Shown here piece after piece: positions 50,234 to 62,880 of a stretch of 64,000 bases of DNA. This DNA comes from Macrostomum lignano (lineage: Eukaryota): the NCBI GenBank assembly GCA_002269645.1, contig NIVC01001892.1:124001-188000 (forward strand). The letters are read 5' to 3'. The translations under genes were made by a program, and so were the position numbers. Numbering within the stretch: position 1 is the first letter of the stretch; each line of letters begins with the position of its first letter. The notes below the pieces were generated by a model, which ran no database searches, was not told the DNA's origin, and saw only the letters and a program-made list of their open reading frames with translations.

Positions 50234-52789
50234 GAGTCCAGAAATATAAATAAAATAAGTCACTCGGCAGAGCTTTTGTAAACGTTCAGAGTGCTATCGT
50301 GTGCGAAATATCAAGAGGCTGCTCTGAGAATGTACTCTTAAATTGCATTAACGCACGGGCATTCTCAAGCGGCTTAAATGATTGATTGAACGAACTGGGA
50401 GTCAAAGCAAGCAGGCGCTAATTTTCTATCAGGCAAAAGGATTGACTGCATGGGGCCGGCTGGTCCTCACGGCTGGGCCTAAAAGCCACCCACCAAATAT
50501 AACTGGGGTAGAGAGGGAATGTGCGATCTGGGGTGCGCGCGCAATGTACATTCACTGCGGAGGGAAGGCAGCGAAACGGCTAATAAAGACAGATAGATGA
50601 TGGATGTACGCAAAGAGCCCCGACCCCTTTTCCTTATCTAGCATCACTTGTACACTCCAGTTTAAGGAAGGATTCGCTGTGGCAGAGGCGTGGGTGGGTG
50701 TGGAACAGACTAGTGAAGGCTTGCTAATCGATAGAATCCGCTGGGCCGTCCCGTCCGTTCAGTACTCGTACTTTGTTATAAAAAATTTATTAATTTTTCC
50801 TTGGGTAAAGTGCAACACGTGCATTAAAAATCCTACGTTACGACGGCTCAATAGGCTCGTGCTTAACGTGCCCATGTTCGTATTTATTATTGTCATTTTG
50901 CGATTGACTAGCTGAATTTTTGTATTCCTTTCAAATAGTCAGTTGTAAATCTGACCTTAATTATTCCTGAATCCTGATTCCGTTTCCTTAGCATCCTGAT
51001 TTCACCTGCGACTTGATCGTTGGTTGCCATAGATATGTACATACCCCATTGACCCACCCCCCTGCATCCGCCACTGAGCTCAAGCTCCAAGCTTGAGATA
51101 CATTAAAGCAATATAACAACGATAAGGCAGACGAAAAAATTCCTGTTTCCTGGCGGGGAGGGGGGTCATGGCCCTTTTAGTTTCCTCGGAGAGGGATGGG
51201 GGTCAGCCGGCCCTCTTGACCCCCTGGATTCGCTGGTGTTTCCGTCTCTTCCGTCTCAGAAGCACTCTTTTAAACTGGAATTGAAAAACTTTTTTCACCT
51301 CAAAGGCCAGATAAAAAATCTAACGTAAAGACTGCGGGCCAGATGAGAGAGGAGAGAGAAGAGAAAGAAGCGAGGAGTGTAAAGAGACTGGAGAGGAAAG
51401 AGGAGAGGAGAGAGTAGACAGAAGAGAGAAGAGAGAGGAGAGAAGTTCAGACCCCGAGGCCCGGATAGAGGCTTCGCGGACCGCATGTGGCCTGGCGCCG
51501 GATTTTGCCGACCCCTTATTTTAAACAAAAAATAAATAAGTCAGATGATGACAGGTCAGTGTGCAAGTGCATTGATAATTGTCTCTTATTATCGGGGATC
51601 CGAATTCAATGCTGTGGGGATATTAGTAGCCAAGCTGGAGCCCTTCTCACTCGTCACCCGCGTGCTTCTCGTATTAATTGCAGGCAGTTCACTAAAATTG
51701 AAACAAAAATGGCATTGAAAATGGAGAAATCTCTCGCCGCGGTGCAGTGTGTGTACAGGGCGCAAAAGTACATATTGCCGGCAAAGAAAAATATTCGATA
51801 TTAGAAGGCGTAACGCTACAGGAAATTCGAACTGGACTGGGGTGGGTTGCACTTAGACAGCAGAGGAACCGCTAAAATGGCGAACTGACTTACTTGGCAA
51901 TGGCTGAGACTGAAAATTAGCAAACAGACTCCTGGAAATCGTGGCAAATAGAATAGTAATAATGAGAATAATAATAATGATAATAATAGTAATAATAAAG
52001 TGAAAACGCAATGACGACGAAACGCAGTTTTGCAAACAAAGACTACCTCCATACTTCTAAAATTTTGCTCGGAATCGCAATGAACAAAAAGAAAAACAAA
52101 ACAGGAATTTGAAAATGCGCGCGTACGGGGAAATTGTGTGTAAAACAATTTTTAAAAAGGTGCACAAAAAGTTAGCGCAGCTCAAGGTTTGGAGGTCAGT
52201 AACAAAAACTGCTGCAGACACGGACAGAACTTCATGGATAAGACAAAAAAGAAAAAATGATTTTGCGGCATTATTACATCGGCTTTCCTGTTGCTATTTG
52301 TAGGGCTCCTTTCCTGCTCGCACAGTGAAACACTCAGTATCCATATTTAATAGCTTTGGGCAATTATAGATTGCAATGTGTGGGATTAGTTTACGATGGA
52401 GCAAGTCAACAACGCTACAGGCGCTGATAGTGAGTGAATGAATGGGTTGCATTTACTACGCGAATTTTGCTTCCGGAAATGAAGCGAAAAGTTTGCACAT
52501 GGAGCGGTTTAGGTCATGCAGTACAAGTTGGTTTATGTAGCAGGCCAATGCCTCAACGATTGTGCTGTTAAAATTGCTTTGTGCGCGATTCAAATTTTAA
52601 TCACTTCTGTGATTTTTCTACTTAAAGTAGCGTTCTTGGTTTCACTATAGTATTCTGTTGCATTTGCTCTACTGTAAATAGCGCACTTCGAGACTTTTTC
52701 TAATTTTAGCATTTTTTGACCCTTTCGTTTTCCGCGGCGTGATTGGGGGCCGGTTAATATCAGCGGTATTTCAGCGCTCTGTCAACTGC

Positions 52790-54053
52790 TTACTGTACAA
52801 GGTAGGGCGACCACCGGATTTCCGCTGTTTCAGCCGGTTTCCGCCGTCTGGACTTGCTGCCGAGCATCTCGCGGACCCACTGGCTCCAGGGCACAATGAT
52901 CTGCTTGGGCGGCACCAGGATGCGCTGGTAGCGGTCGGGGTCGCGGGGATACCAGATTAACGACTGGGCAGCGTTGCAGTGCGGCGCCTTGGTGGACTCC
53001 TCCGGCAGGTGGGCCTCGTCTGGCTCTGACACCTGAATTTAATCAATAAAAATGAGTGAATTCTCTGGGTCGCAGGGGCTTTGACCACTTCCGCGTCGAA
53101 CATGAAGGTGACAGCTGACCTGCAGCCAGCGAGGAGGTCAGAATTTACATTAATCCCATTCTGCTAACTGCTGAGCACATGGGCATGCAGGCACATGCTC
53201 ACGCAGTGTGCGCAACAGCCCTGACTCTCCAATTGCGAGATATGTACACACGCTGTACCTTGGGGTCGGCCTTCATAAGGCGCGTGAATTACACGACAAA
53301 CCGCCCTCCCTCGTACAAGTATTTCCATGCGTACAAGTATCCCAGTGTCTCTAATTCAAACAATTTCGAAATTAACAGACGGCTCACCTGCGGAGGCTCC
53401 GACTGGTACTCAGTGAACCAACGCACCCGCTCGCCCACAGGCAGGTGCGAATCCACTTTCATTCGCAGATTGTAGTCCCAGCGGATCTTCTTCAGCACGT
53501 GGACCTCATCGGCTGGCGACTGTGCCTCGGTGAGCACCCCGCGTCGCCGGTGCCGCACGGCCACCAGCCAGATGAGGAACTGCTGCTGCCGGTGAATGTC
53601 GGTCAGTCGGACCCGCCCAGAGTAGGGCAGCTCCCACACCACGCTGGGGTGAAAGTAGTCCTTGATCTGCAGCTCCTTGTTGGTCTTCCAGTGGTGCCCC
53701 ACTCGGATGGTGTGCACGCTCTGCGTCACGGAATAGAAAGGATACATGCGGCCGTCGGAGTCATTCATGAGCTGTCGCCGGCCGCTCTTCAACGGGTGAA
53801 ACTCCCAGTAGGAGCTTCCCCGCTGCTCGTAGTCATTCTCCAGGTACATGTAGTTGCAGGCCTGCACCAGGCCGATGCTCCAGTCGCGGTCGGCCACGCA
53901 GCTGGGAATCTCGATGCTCACCTTGCAATAGAAAGTCTGCGTACGGTAATAGAGCATGTTCTCCGTCTCCTCGATCAGAGTCTTCGAGTTCTTGTCGTAG
54001 TACGCTCGGACGCATTTCACGTTGATGTTGTCGACTGTCAGTTTTCCGGTCAT
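52790..54053 (-). CDS. FAM78: FAM78-family protein, 302 aa, 2 exons
   Basis: Exons 54053-53388 (gtgagc donor) and 53032-52790, phase 0. Motifs match FAM78A/B: IEETENMLYYRTQTF, WSIGLVQACN, SYWEFH.L.SG....NDSDG..YPFY, DYFHPSVVWELP, QQFLIWLVA, NAAQSLIWYP....ILVPPK. Confidence 0.9.
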
Positions 54054-54849
54054 CTAGCCGCCTGCCGCTAGCAGCATGAATAGCTGCCGCCTGGTGCCGG
54101 TGACCTGGCCGCCGAGTGCAGCTGAGCTAATTAGCGACCTCTCCCCTCTCTCCTGACTCTCCGATAGAGAGCTCTCTGGCAGTCTGTGCGCGATGATCTG
54201 GGCGAGAATCAAGTAGTAATCGTGGGCCGAGGGAGAGAGAGAGAGAAAATGGGAGGAAAAATGAAGCGCGCGAGCGGTTCTAAGCTCGACAGATTAAGTG
54301 TTGGCCATAGACTAAACAGATCGGTGACTTCTGACCGGCAAAGCTTGCGATCAAAAAGAGCGTGTAGCGTTGCATTTTTAACTGCTTCATCCAACATCGC
54401 AGTGGGAAAATATTTTACCGCGTTGTTTCTAAAGCTCACGTTTCAAAATTGTCTCAAAGAATTTCATTCTGCTTCGTGGTTACAACCACTTTTTGAGGTG
54501 ACTTCTTTTGGGATCCAAATGGGTAATAGTTTATTCCCAGCTCCCATTTGACACCACACCACAGTCTCTATGGTGTCAAACCTTCATTGTGGAGATTCTC
54601 CTGGAATGTCTACAACCTGCTGACGACAATCTGGCAGAAGTGAAACCAAACAGCCTCGCACTTCGGCATTGCCTTGCCTGCCAGAAAGTAGAAAGCTCGA
54701 CGTACCCTATTGTGAGAAGGCCTGCACCCACCCAGCGAGAGAACTGCACCGACTTGATGGGAGAGCTGAATAAGCCAGTGTGTCTTATTATTCTAACTTC
54801 AAGCGGCAGGCATTCAGATGCGCGCTTGTGCCCGGACTCATGTATTGGA

Positions 54850-55400
54850 AATGTGCGCTTTGTCACACTGACAACTGTTTATAAATGCGCGCTTTGTCAC
54901 ACTGACAACTGTTTATAAATGCGCTTTGTCACACTGACAACTGTTTATAAATGCGCGCTTTGTCACACTGACAACTGTTTATAAATGCGCGCTTTGTCAC
55001 ACTGACAACTGTTTATAAATGCGCTTTGTCACACTGACAACAGTTTATAAATGCGCGCTTTGTCACACTGACAACAGTTTATAAATGCGCTTTGTCACAC
55101 TGACAACAGTTTATAAATGCGCGCTTTGTCACACTGACAACTGTTTATAAATGCGCTTTGTCACACTGACAACAGTTTATAAATGCGCGCTTTGTCACAC
55201 TGACAACAGTTTATAAATGCGCGCTTTGTCACACTGACAACAGTTTATAAATGCGCGCTTTGTCACACTGACAACTGTTTATAAATGCGCTTTGTCACAC
55301 TGACAACAGTTTATAAATGCGCGCTTTGTCACACTGACAACAGTTTATAAATGCGCGCTTTGTCACACTGACAACAGTTTATAAATGCGCGCTTTGTCAT
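54850..55400 (+). repeat. 32/34-bp palindrome-rich minisatellite
   Basis: GCGCTTTGTCACACTGACAAC(A/T)GTTTATAAATGC, about 16 copies. It contains the hairpin TTGTCA-CAC-TGACAA and has no spacers. Confidence 0.95.
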
Positions 55401-55660
55401 GCGGGCCTATTAATGTGTCCCAAATAAAATTGTCGGGAAGACAAGTGGGCTTGACGATCGTAATTTTTTTCTTCGAATTTTATACCATTCGCTTCCACGA
55501 AATTTTAATTTTTTTTCAAAACATTTTAATTTCTGGATTAGACAAGGGGTTTTATTAAGGTCGAGGTTATTGTGCTATAGGGTCAGGTTAGAGCTAGTTT
55601 CTGTTCGGCAGACTCGCAAACAGCTGACCATATTCATGCATGGCATGTGATCACGTAGAG

Positions 55661-55675
55661 AGGTCATAGAGGTCA
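55661..55675. promoter_or_regulatory. Perfect nuclear-receptor DR3-type motif AGGTCA-TAG-AGGTCA
   Basis: Exact consensus half-sites about 1.6 kb upstream of the FAM78-like start. Motif only, no functional evidence. Confidence 0.2.
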
Positions 55676-56429
55676 TGGTGAAGCTTGTGCATTGCTGTGA
55701 TTACTGTGACCACTCTACCGAATTATCTGGCCTAATGGCTTATTTACCGAATTTGAATTGTGAATGCCTGTCGTCACAGCTCGTGTGAAGTAACCTGACC
55801 AAAAGTGCGGAGCGCGTTCACATGCGCAGCATAGGAAATGGTGGCGATGGCACAACAGGCACAATCCACTGCATTTTGCGTATTAGTAAACAGGTACTTT
55901 GGATTCACATTAACACTTGAAGCTCTCCAGTGCCCTGGATTTTCTACAATCAGCCCCGAAGCTCAGGGCAGAATTGCTTTCGGAATGCGCAAATTCTGCA
56001 TTTCCTGTACTTCGCTTGCCCCACCACCCCCCGCACATGCATGGCCCCGTATCTGCGACCGATCGCTGGTAGGAGTATCTGTCGGTCAAGTGTCACGTGG
56101 CTATCATTGCCTGACAATACCAACTTTTCCAACAGCAGAGCAGTAGAGTACGATACGATAATGAACGGAGCGAAAAGCAAGGTTTTTATCAGATTTATTT
56201 GTTTTAGTGTGTGTGAATTCCACCCGATCGAATTTTAATTCAACATGGGCTAGCTCAGCTAGAGTACGTGAAATTCGAGGCCTAACTTATATCCCATTGT
56301 TTTGAAGATCTCGTACGTTCTGAGTCTGACGTGGAAGATCAATCACTGGGGTTCTGAATCTGTGTATACTTTACTAATACATCAATACCAATGTATTGGT
56401 ATGTTAGGGGGTTGTTTAAGTGGTAATGT

Positions 56430-56600
56430 AGGGGGTTGTCGCCTATAGTGGTTAGAGTGCAGGACTCACAACTGAAAGGCGACCCACCGATCGAAACAAT
56501 TTGTCATTGAGCAAGACACTTAACTCTGCATTGCTTCAGTTCACCCAGCTGTAAAATGGGTACCAGCATTAGCTCGGGTAATTGAGGATGTGTGACGTGT
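56430..56600 (+). mobile_element. Degenerate tRNA-derived SINE fragment with CORE-like central domain
   Basis: A-box-like GCCTATAGTGGTTAGAG, then TTGAGCAAGACACTTAACTCTG...CTTCAGT..ACCCAGCTGTAAAATGGG, which resembles the MIR/CORE consensus CCTTGGGCAAGTTACTTAACCTC...CTCAGTTT...CTGTAAAATGGG. Confidence 0.65.
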
Positions 56601-56629
56601 GTGGCGTGGCGACTCCTCACGGCCCCAGT

Positions 56630-58265
56630 GCCGCGGGCACTCGCTTTAGCGACGCAGGCACTCGCTTTAGCGCCGCAGGCACTCGCTTTAGCGCCGCAGG
56701 CACTCGCTTTAGCGCCGCAGGCACTCGCTTTAGCGCCGCGGGCACTCGCTTTAGCGCCGCAGGCACTCATTTTAGCGCCGCAGGCACTCATTTTGGCGTC
56801 GCAGGCAATCATTTTAGCGTCGCAGACACTCATTTTAGCGTCGCAGACACTCATTTTAGCGCCGCAGGCACCCATTTTAGCGCCGCAGGCACTCATTTTA
56901 GCGCCGCAGTCACTCATTTTAGCGCCGTAGGCAATCATTTTGGCGCCGCAAGCACTCGCTTTAGCGCCGCAGGCACTCTTTTTAACGCCACTATTTTTAG
57001 CGTCGCAGGCACGATTTTAGCGTCGCAGACACTCATTTTAGCGCCGCAGGCACCCATTTTAGCGCCGCAGGCACTCATTTTAGCGCCGCAGTCACTCATT
57101 TTAGCGTCGCAGACACTCATTTTAGCGTCGCAGGCACTCATTTTAGCGTCGCAGACACTCATTTTAGCGTCGCAGGCACTCATTTTAGCGCCGCAGGCAC
57201 TCATTTAAGCGCCGCAGGCACTCATTTCAGTCGTAGGCACTCATTTTAGCGCCGCAGGCACTCGCTTTAGCGCCGCAGGCACTCATTTTAGCGCCGCAGG
57301 CACTCATTTCAGTCGTAGGCACTCATTTTAGCGCCGCAGGCACTCGCTTTAGCGCCGCAGGCACTCATTTTAGCGCCGCAGGCACTCATTTCAGTCGTAG
57401 GCACTCATTTTAGCGCCGCAGGCACTCGCTTTAGCGCCGCAGGCACTCATTTCAACGCCACTATTTTAGCGCCGCAGGCACTCGCTTTAGCGCTGCAGGC
57501 ACTCATTTTAGCGCCGCAGGCACTCATTTTGGCGCCACAGGCACTCATTTTAGCGCCGCAGGCACTCGCTTTAGCGCCGCAGGCACTCATTTTGGCGCCA
57601 CAGGCACTCATTTTAGCGCCGCAGTCACTCATTTTAGCGCCGTAGGCAATCATTTTGGCGCCGCAAGCACTCGCTTTAGCGCCGCAGGCACTCTTTTTAA
57701 CGCCACTATTTTTAGCGTCGCAGGCACGATTTTAGCGTCGCAGACACTCATTTTAGCGCCGCAGGCACCCATTTTAGCGCCGCAGGCACTCATTTTAGCG
57801 CCGCAGTCACTCATTTTAGCGTCGCAGACACTCATTTTAGCGTCGCAGGCACTCATTTTAGCGTCGCAGACACTCATTTTAGCGTCGCAGGCACTCATTT
57901 TAGCGCCGCAGGCACTCATTTAAGCGCCGCAGGCACTCATTTCAGTCGTAGGCACTCATTTTAGCGCCGCAGGCACTCGCTTTAGCGCCGCAGGCACTCA
58001 TTTTAGCGCCGCAGGCACTCATTTCAGTCGTAGGCACTCATTTTAGCGCCGCAGGCACTCGCTTTAGCGCCGCAGGCACTCATTTCAACGCCACTATTTT
58101 AGCGCCGCAGGCACTCGCTTTAGCGCTGCAGGCACTCATTTTAGCGCCGCAGGCACTCATTTTGGCGCCACAGGCACTCATTTTAGCGCCGCAGGCACTC
58201 GCTTTAGCGCCGCAGGCACTCATTTTGGCGCCACAGGCACTCATTTTAGCGCCGCAGGCACTCAT
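56630..58265 (+). repeat. 21-bp minisatellite with a 715-bp higher-order duplication
   Basis: GCAGGCACTC(A/G)(T/C)TTTAGCGCC. The variant blocks at 56935-57204 and 57650-57919 give identical translations. Confidence 0.95.
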
Positions 58266-59302
58266 TTTCTCATTTTCCTACGCGTTCCTCTCACTGGCTC
58301 TCACTTGCGGAATGAAGATTCCCAGGGTCGCACAAAGAACAGCGGAGAGGGCCAATGTACGCACGAAGTGTACATTTAATGTACACATATGGGAATGGTG
58401 TATTAATTGCGAGCGGGGATAGGGAGGCCCCATGACAAGTGAAGGTCAGCTACTCTGCAAACCTAAATAATGCCGCGTAAGCTAAAATATGCGAAACCGG
58501 TTTAAACTTGTTCCAGTTCCAGTCCTGTTGCGCACTTTCTGTTGTTTTTTCAAGCGGTAAAGTTCGCAATTTTAATTGCAGTCCAACACAATAAAATAAC
58601 AAGTGCTTTGTTATCTTTTGCTAAAACGTGCTTCACTTGCTTATCTATAACGCCCAACCCCCATTTTCTATCCCTACTACTCCCAACTAAAGGGTTTGAG
58701 ATTCTATCCCAGAGCTGAGACGAGCAGAGGGAGACATGTACATGTAGATTGTAGGCTTGGCCTTTTTATCAGAAAAGTGTCGCGGCGTCAACGTAAGTGA
58801 AACGTCTGATCTGCAGTTGACCTCAACCTCTCAGGTCGAACACTTATTATCTAATCCAGTTCAAGCCCACATTGGCGTTGCCTTGGCAGCCACTTGGACC
58901 GGCTCTTGTTAGCGGAATATCCACTATCTGAAGCCTCTGTAACTGTAACCAGTTTTTTTGAGAACTGGCCTAAACCTGTTGCTTGAAATCCCGCAAAAGG
59001 GGCCTCATTGAATGCTCGATTCTCAAGGCTAGTTTTGCCGAAAAACATTCGAACTTTCCAACCAAGCGAGTGGCGGAGGTTGGGGTTGACCCGCGCCACT
59101 TTTCTGCTATAAAAATTCAACCCGTGCCGAATTTTTGATTTGGCATTGGTTGGAAATCTCCACTGTAGCTGGCACTATACGCTAGATTCGCGTCCAGAAA
59201 GAACTTTCCACTCTGTTAATTAACTTGACCCGGTCTCATCACACGCCTAATTGTGTAACAGTTTTTACTTCCGAATACCGAATATCGTTTAAAGAAAAGC
59301 CA

Positions 59303-60805
59303 ATGACTTCAGTGGCCATCGAATCGTTTTTGGACCCTAGTAACAGCAGCAGCCAAGAGGCGTACAGCCGCAGTCAACAGACAAACGGCCTCGTTGCTGT
59401 CAAGTGGATCAACTATCACCAGATTGAGGATAATCACGATGGTAAGTTAAGTTGAGAGTGATAAGAGAGGCTCTATTGCACTGGAGTATGTTGATCTATG
59501 GCCAAACTTGCATTTGAGAACATAGAGCAAGCGGGGAGTCTATGACCAAAGTTGCTAGCGCTAGTGTCTATCGCCAAAACTGAACAAACATGAGTCTATC
59601 CATTAGCCAAAGTTGCTAGTAGTGTCTATAGCCAAAACTGAGAAAGCGGGAGTCCATATCCATAACCAGAGTTGCTAGTGTGTCTATGGCCAAAACTGAG
59701 CAAGCGGGAGTCTAACCATAACCAGAGTTGCTAGTGTAGTGTCTATGGCCAAAACTGAGAAAGCGGGAGTCTATCCATATCCAAAGTCGCTAGTGTCTAT
59801 GGCCAAAACTGAACAAACAGGAGTCTATCCATAGCCAAAGTTGCTAGTGTCTATGGTTTTAGTCTATGGCCAAGCAGTCACTAAGACTAATCACTAAGCC
59901 AAATTTTAATTCCTATGCAACTAACAGACAGCAAGATTCTGGTGTGTGGCAGCGGAAGCCAGATCAAATGCTTCCTGGAATTACTGGAGTCAGTTTGCGA
60001 GCAGAGGACAATCAAGCGGCTGATCTGCGCGGCTGATTGCGAAGTGAGAGGCTGAGAGAGAGCGAGACTGCTGCTGTGTGTTTGCGAAACTCGAATAGCT
60101 ATTATTTGATTTTGTCCAACCTGTATTTTAGCTAGCCATGCTGACGGACTCAAAGTTCTGGACTGAGTACGGCTGCCGGATTGTCTCCTGGCGGAAGGAA
60201 GGTGAGCTCTTTTCTGGGTCATCCCAGCTAATTAGTATGTAGTTAGGTTGTCGCTACAGGGCTGAGCTTAAGTACTTATATAACTTAACATCACGCCGCA
60301 TCTTTGCAGAATACGAGGACGACATTGTCCGCCGGACTCGCCTTGCTGCCAAACAGAAGCCCGTGTTCACAGTGATCGACTTTGAGCCCACTCTACGCCG
60401 CTTGCACCGCCAGTTTTACATTGTTGCAGAGGTAGGAATTATTTTTTATCTTTTTGTATCCCGTATGTTCTGTTAGAAAATTTCAAATTCAGCATTCTTT
60501 TGCACATGTGCGCTACTTTGAGTAGCATGATCAGGCTTTTTTGAATAGCGAAAAATCTGCTTTCCAAATTGCAGTGCGGCCGAGTTCTGCTCTTCCAGAA
60601 GCGCCAAGCCCGCTGGGCGGAGATCTGCGCGCCTCTGCTGCCCGCCCTGGCTGACCGCGGCGTTGTTGTGGAGAATCTGGAGGACGACTGCCGCTACCTG
60701 ATGCCGGCAGAGGACCGGGACTGCGCCGGGTCAGAGGCGTCCTCAGATGATCTCGCCTATTCGTCCTCGATGTCGTCAAGCGATTTCCCGGAATGCGATC
60801 GATAA
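59303..60805 (+). CDS. Uncharacterised protein, 225 aa, 5 exons
   Basis: Exons 59303-59441, 59928-60043, 60132-60201, 60310-60431 and 60575-60805. Donors are gtaagt, gtgaga, gtgagc and gtagga. Phases 1,0,1,0 chain without a stop (678 nt). I recognise no family. Confidence 0.75.
59520..59870 (+). repeat. ~55-bp degenerate repeat in intron 1 of the uncharacterised gene
   Basis: CTAGTGTCTATGGCCAAAACTGAG...GGAGTCTATCCATAGCCAAAGTTG, about 6 copies. Confidence 0.85.
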
Positions 60806-61899
60806 ATCTCCGTGACCAAATAGACTGCGCATGGATAATTCAGATTCATATTCAGAATGGATTGCAAAATGCACGCAGTGACCTCTGAGGCTACAAATGC
60901 CTTCAAACCCTGGGCAAACAGGAATTGGCCTCTGGGCCGAGAGAAGCTAAGAGTCACACACAGCTGGGGTGCCTTTGGGGCGCTGAATCTCACTTTGGGG
61001 CGCCAAGTTGGATTTCTCAAGGCCTCTCAAGAACAGATCTCAAATGCTGCAGAATTTCAGCCTTTTTGCCCAGGGCGATAGCTCAGACCGAATGTGTCAG
61101 GTGGAACGACATGTCATATAGTTATCAATGCTTTTATTCATAATGTCGTACCTGTTGCAGTGAACTACACTTTAATCTATGATTTATTGGTGCTGTCACA
61201 ATTTGTGGATGCCAATTCTGGTCATCTTGCTGCTCATTCACGGGTTTTAATGTGCAATTTTGTGTGTACATAGAAACTATTACATACTTGCTCATTCATT
61301 TCTCTTTAATTAAACCTTATTCGTTTCTCGGAAGACTTATAACCAAAATTACAAAATTTAAAATGCCACCGGTTGGTAAAATTGATGTTTTTATCATGTA
61401 CTCCTCATGTACTCGTACATTTGCTGTCCTTCTGGCGCACCTCACTGCATTTTATTCAATCGAAGGTGCTCGCCGAAGGCGGAAAATAAAAAATCTGTAT
61501 TTTTTTTTAATTTAGCGCTGAATAGCTTCACTGTTATAAGAATGCTGTTCATTGTTCGGCTGTGAATGAATTCTTTATGCCTAGTTTATTTTTTATAAGC
61601 TGGTATTGCATGCACTGGCTGATGTGCTCAGCTAGCGGCTCAGCTGACTCATGCGCCATGCAGCTGAGCACACTGCGGTGGGTGAGTTTGAGCAGCTTAT
61701 GAGCTGCTGTGAGTCATCCAAAGCAAATGTGCATCAGTGCTCAAGGGCTTGAAATTTGTATGAAATGAGCTGCTGAGAAAGGAAATTTAATAAGGGACAG
61801 ATATGGCAGCCATATACAGTATGAAATACATGCAGCATATAATGTACATGTACATTAACTTGTATACATCCAGTCATGCAGGGCTACTGCAGCTCCACC

Positions 61900-62880
61900 T
61901 TCCCAGATCCTCAGTTGCTGGGCCAGCCTCCCAGATCTCCAGTTGCTGGGCCAGCCTCTCAGATCCTCAGTTGCTGGGCCAGCCTCCCAGATCCTCAGAT
62001 GCTGGGCCTCCCAGATCCTTAGTTGCTGGGCCAGCCTCCCAGATCTCCAGTTGCTGGGCCAGCCTCCCAGATCTCTAGTTGCTGGGCCAGCCTCCCAGAT
62101 CCTCAGTTGCTGGTCCAGCCTCTCAGATCCTCAGTTGCTGGGCGAGCCTCCCAGATTCCCAGTTGCTGGGCCAGCTTCTCAGATCCTCTGTTGATGGGCC
62201 ACCCTCTCATCAGATCCTCAGTTGCTGGGCCGGTGCCATTTTCCAGATCCTCAGTTGCTGGGCCGGTGCCATTTTCCAGATCCTCAGTTGCTGGGCCGGT
62301 GCCATTTTCCAGATCCTCAGTTGCTGGGCCGGTGCCATTTTCCAGATCCTCAGTTGCTGGGCCGGTGCCATTTTCCAGATCCTCAGTTGCTGGGCCGGTG
62401 CCATTTTCCAGATCCTCAGTTGCTGGGCCGGTGCCATTTTCCAGATCCTCAGTTGCTGGGCCGGTGCCATTTTCCAGATCCTCAGTTGCTGGGCCGGTGC
62501 CATTTTCCAGATCCTCAGTTGCTGGGCCGGTGCCATTTTCCAGATCCTCAGTTGCTGGGCCGGTGCCATTTTCCAGATCCTCAGTTGCTGGGCCGGTGCC
62601 ATTTTCCAGATCCTCAGTTGCTGGGCCGGTGCCATTTTCCAGATCCTCAGTTGCTGGGCCGGTGCCATTTTCCAGATCCTCAGTTGCTGGGCCGGTGCCA
62701 TTTTCCAGATCCTCAGTTGCTGGGCCGGTGCCATTTTCCAGATCCTCAGTTGCTGGGCCGGTGCCATTTTCCAGATCCTCAGTTGCTGGGCCGGTGCCAT
62801 TTTCCAGATACTCAGTTGCTGGGCCGGTGCCATTTTCCAGATCCTCAGTTGCTGGGCCGGTGCCATTTTCCAGATACTCA
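61900..62880 (+). repeat. 28-bp repeat switching to a homogeneous 33-bp repeat
   Basis: CCTCAGTTGCTGGGCCAGCCTCCCAGAT, then CCTCAGTTGCTGGGCCGGTGCCATTTTCCAGAT, about 20 copies from about 62215. Confidence 0.95.

Noticed and set aside
51050-51240. CCCCCTG(C/G)AT(C/T)CGC ends of a possible MITE
   Set aside because: Only one-sided ends were found, with no matching opposite TIR or TSD.
54850-55400. 32/34-bp palindromic repeat resembling a CRISPR array
   Set aside because: There are no spacers. It is an ordinary minisatellite.
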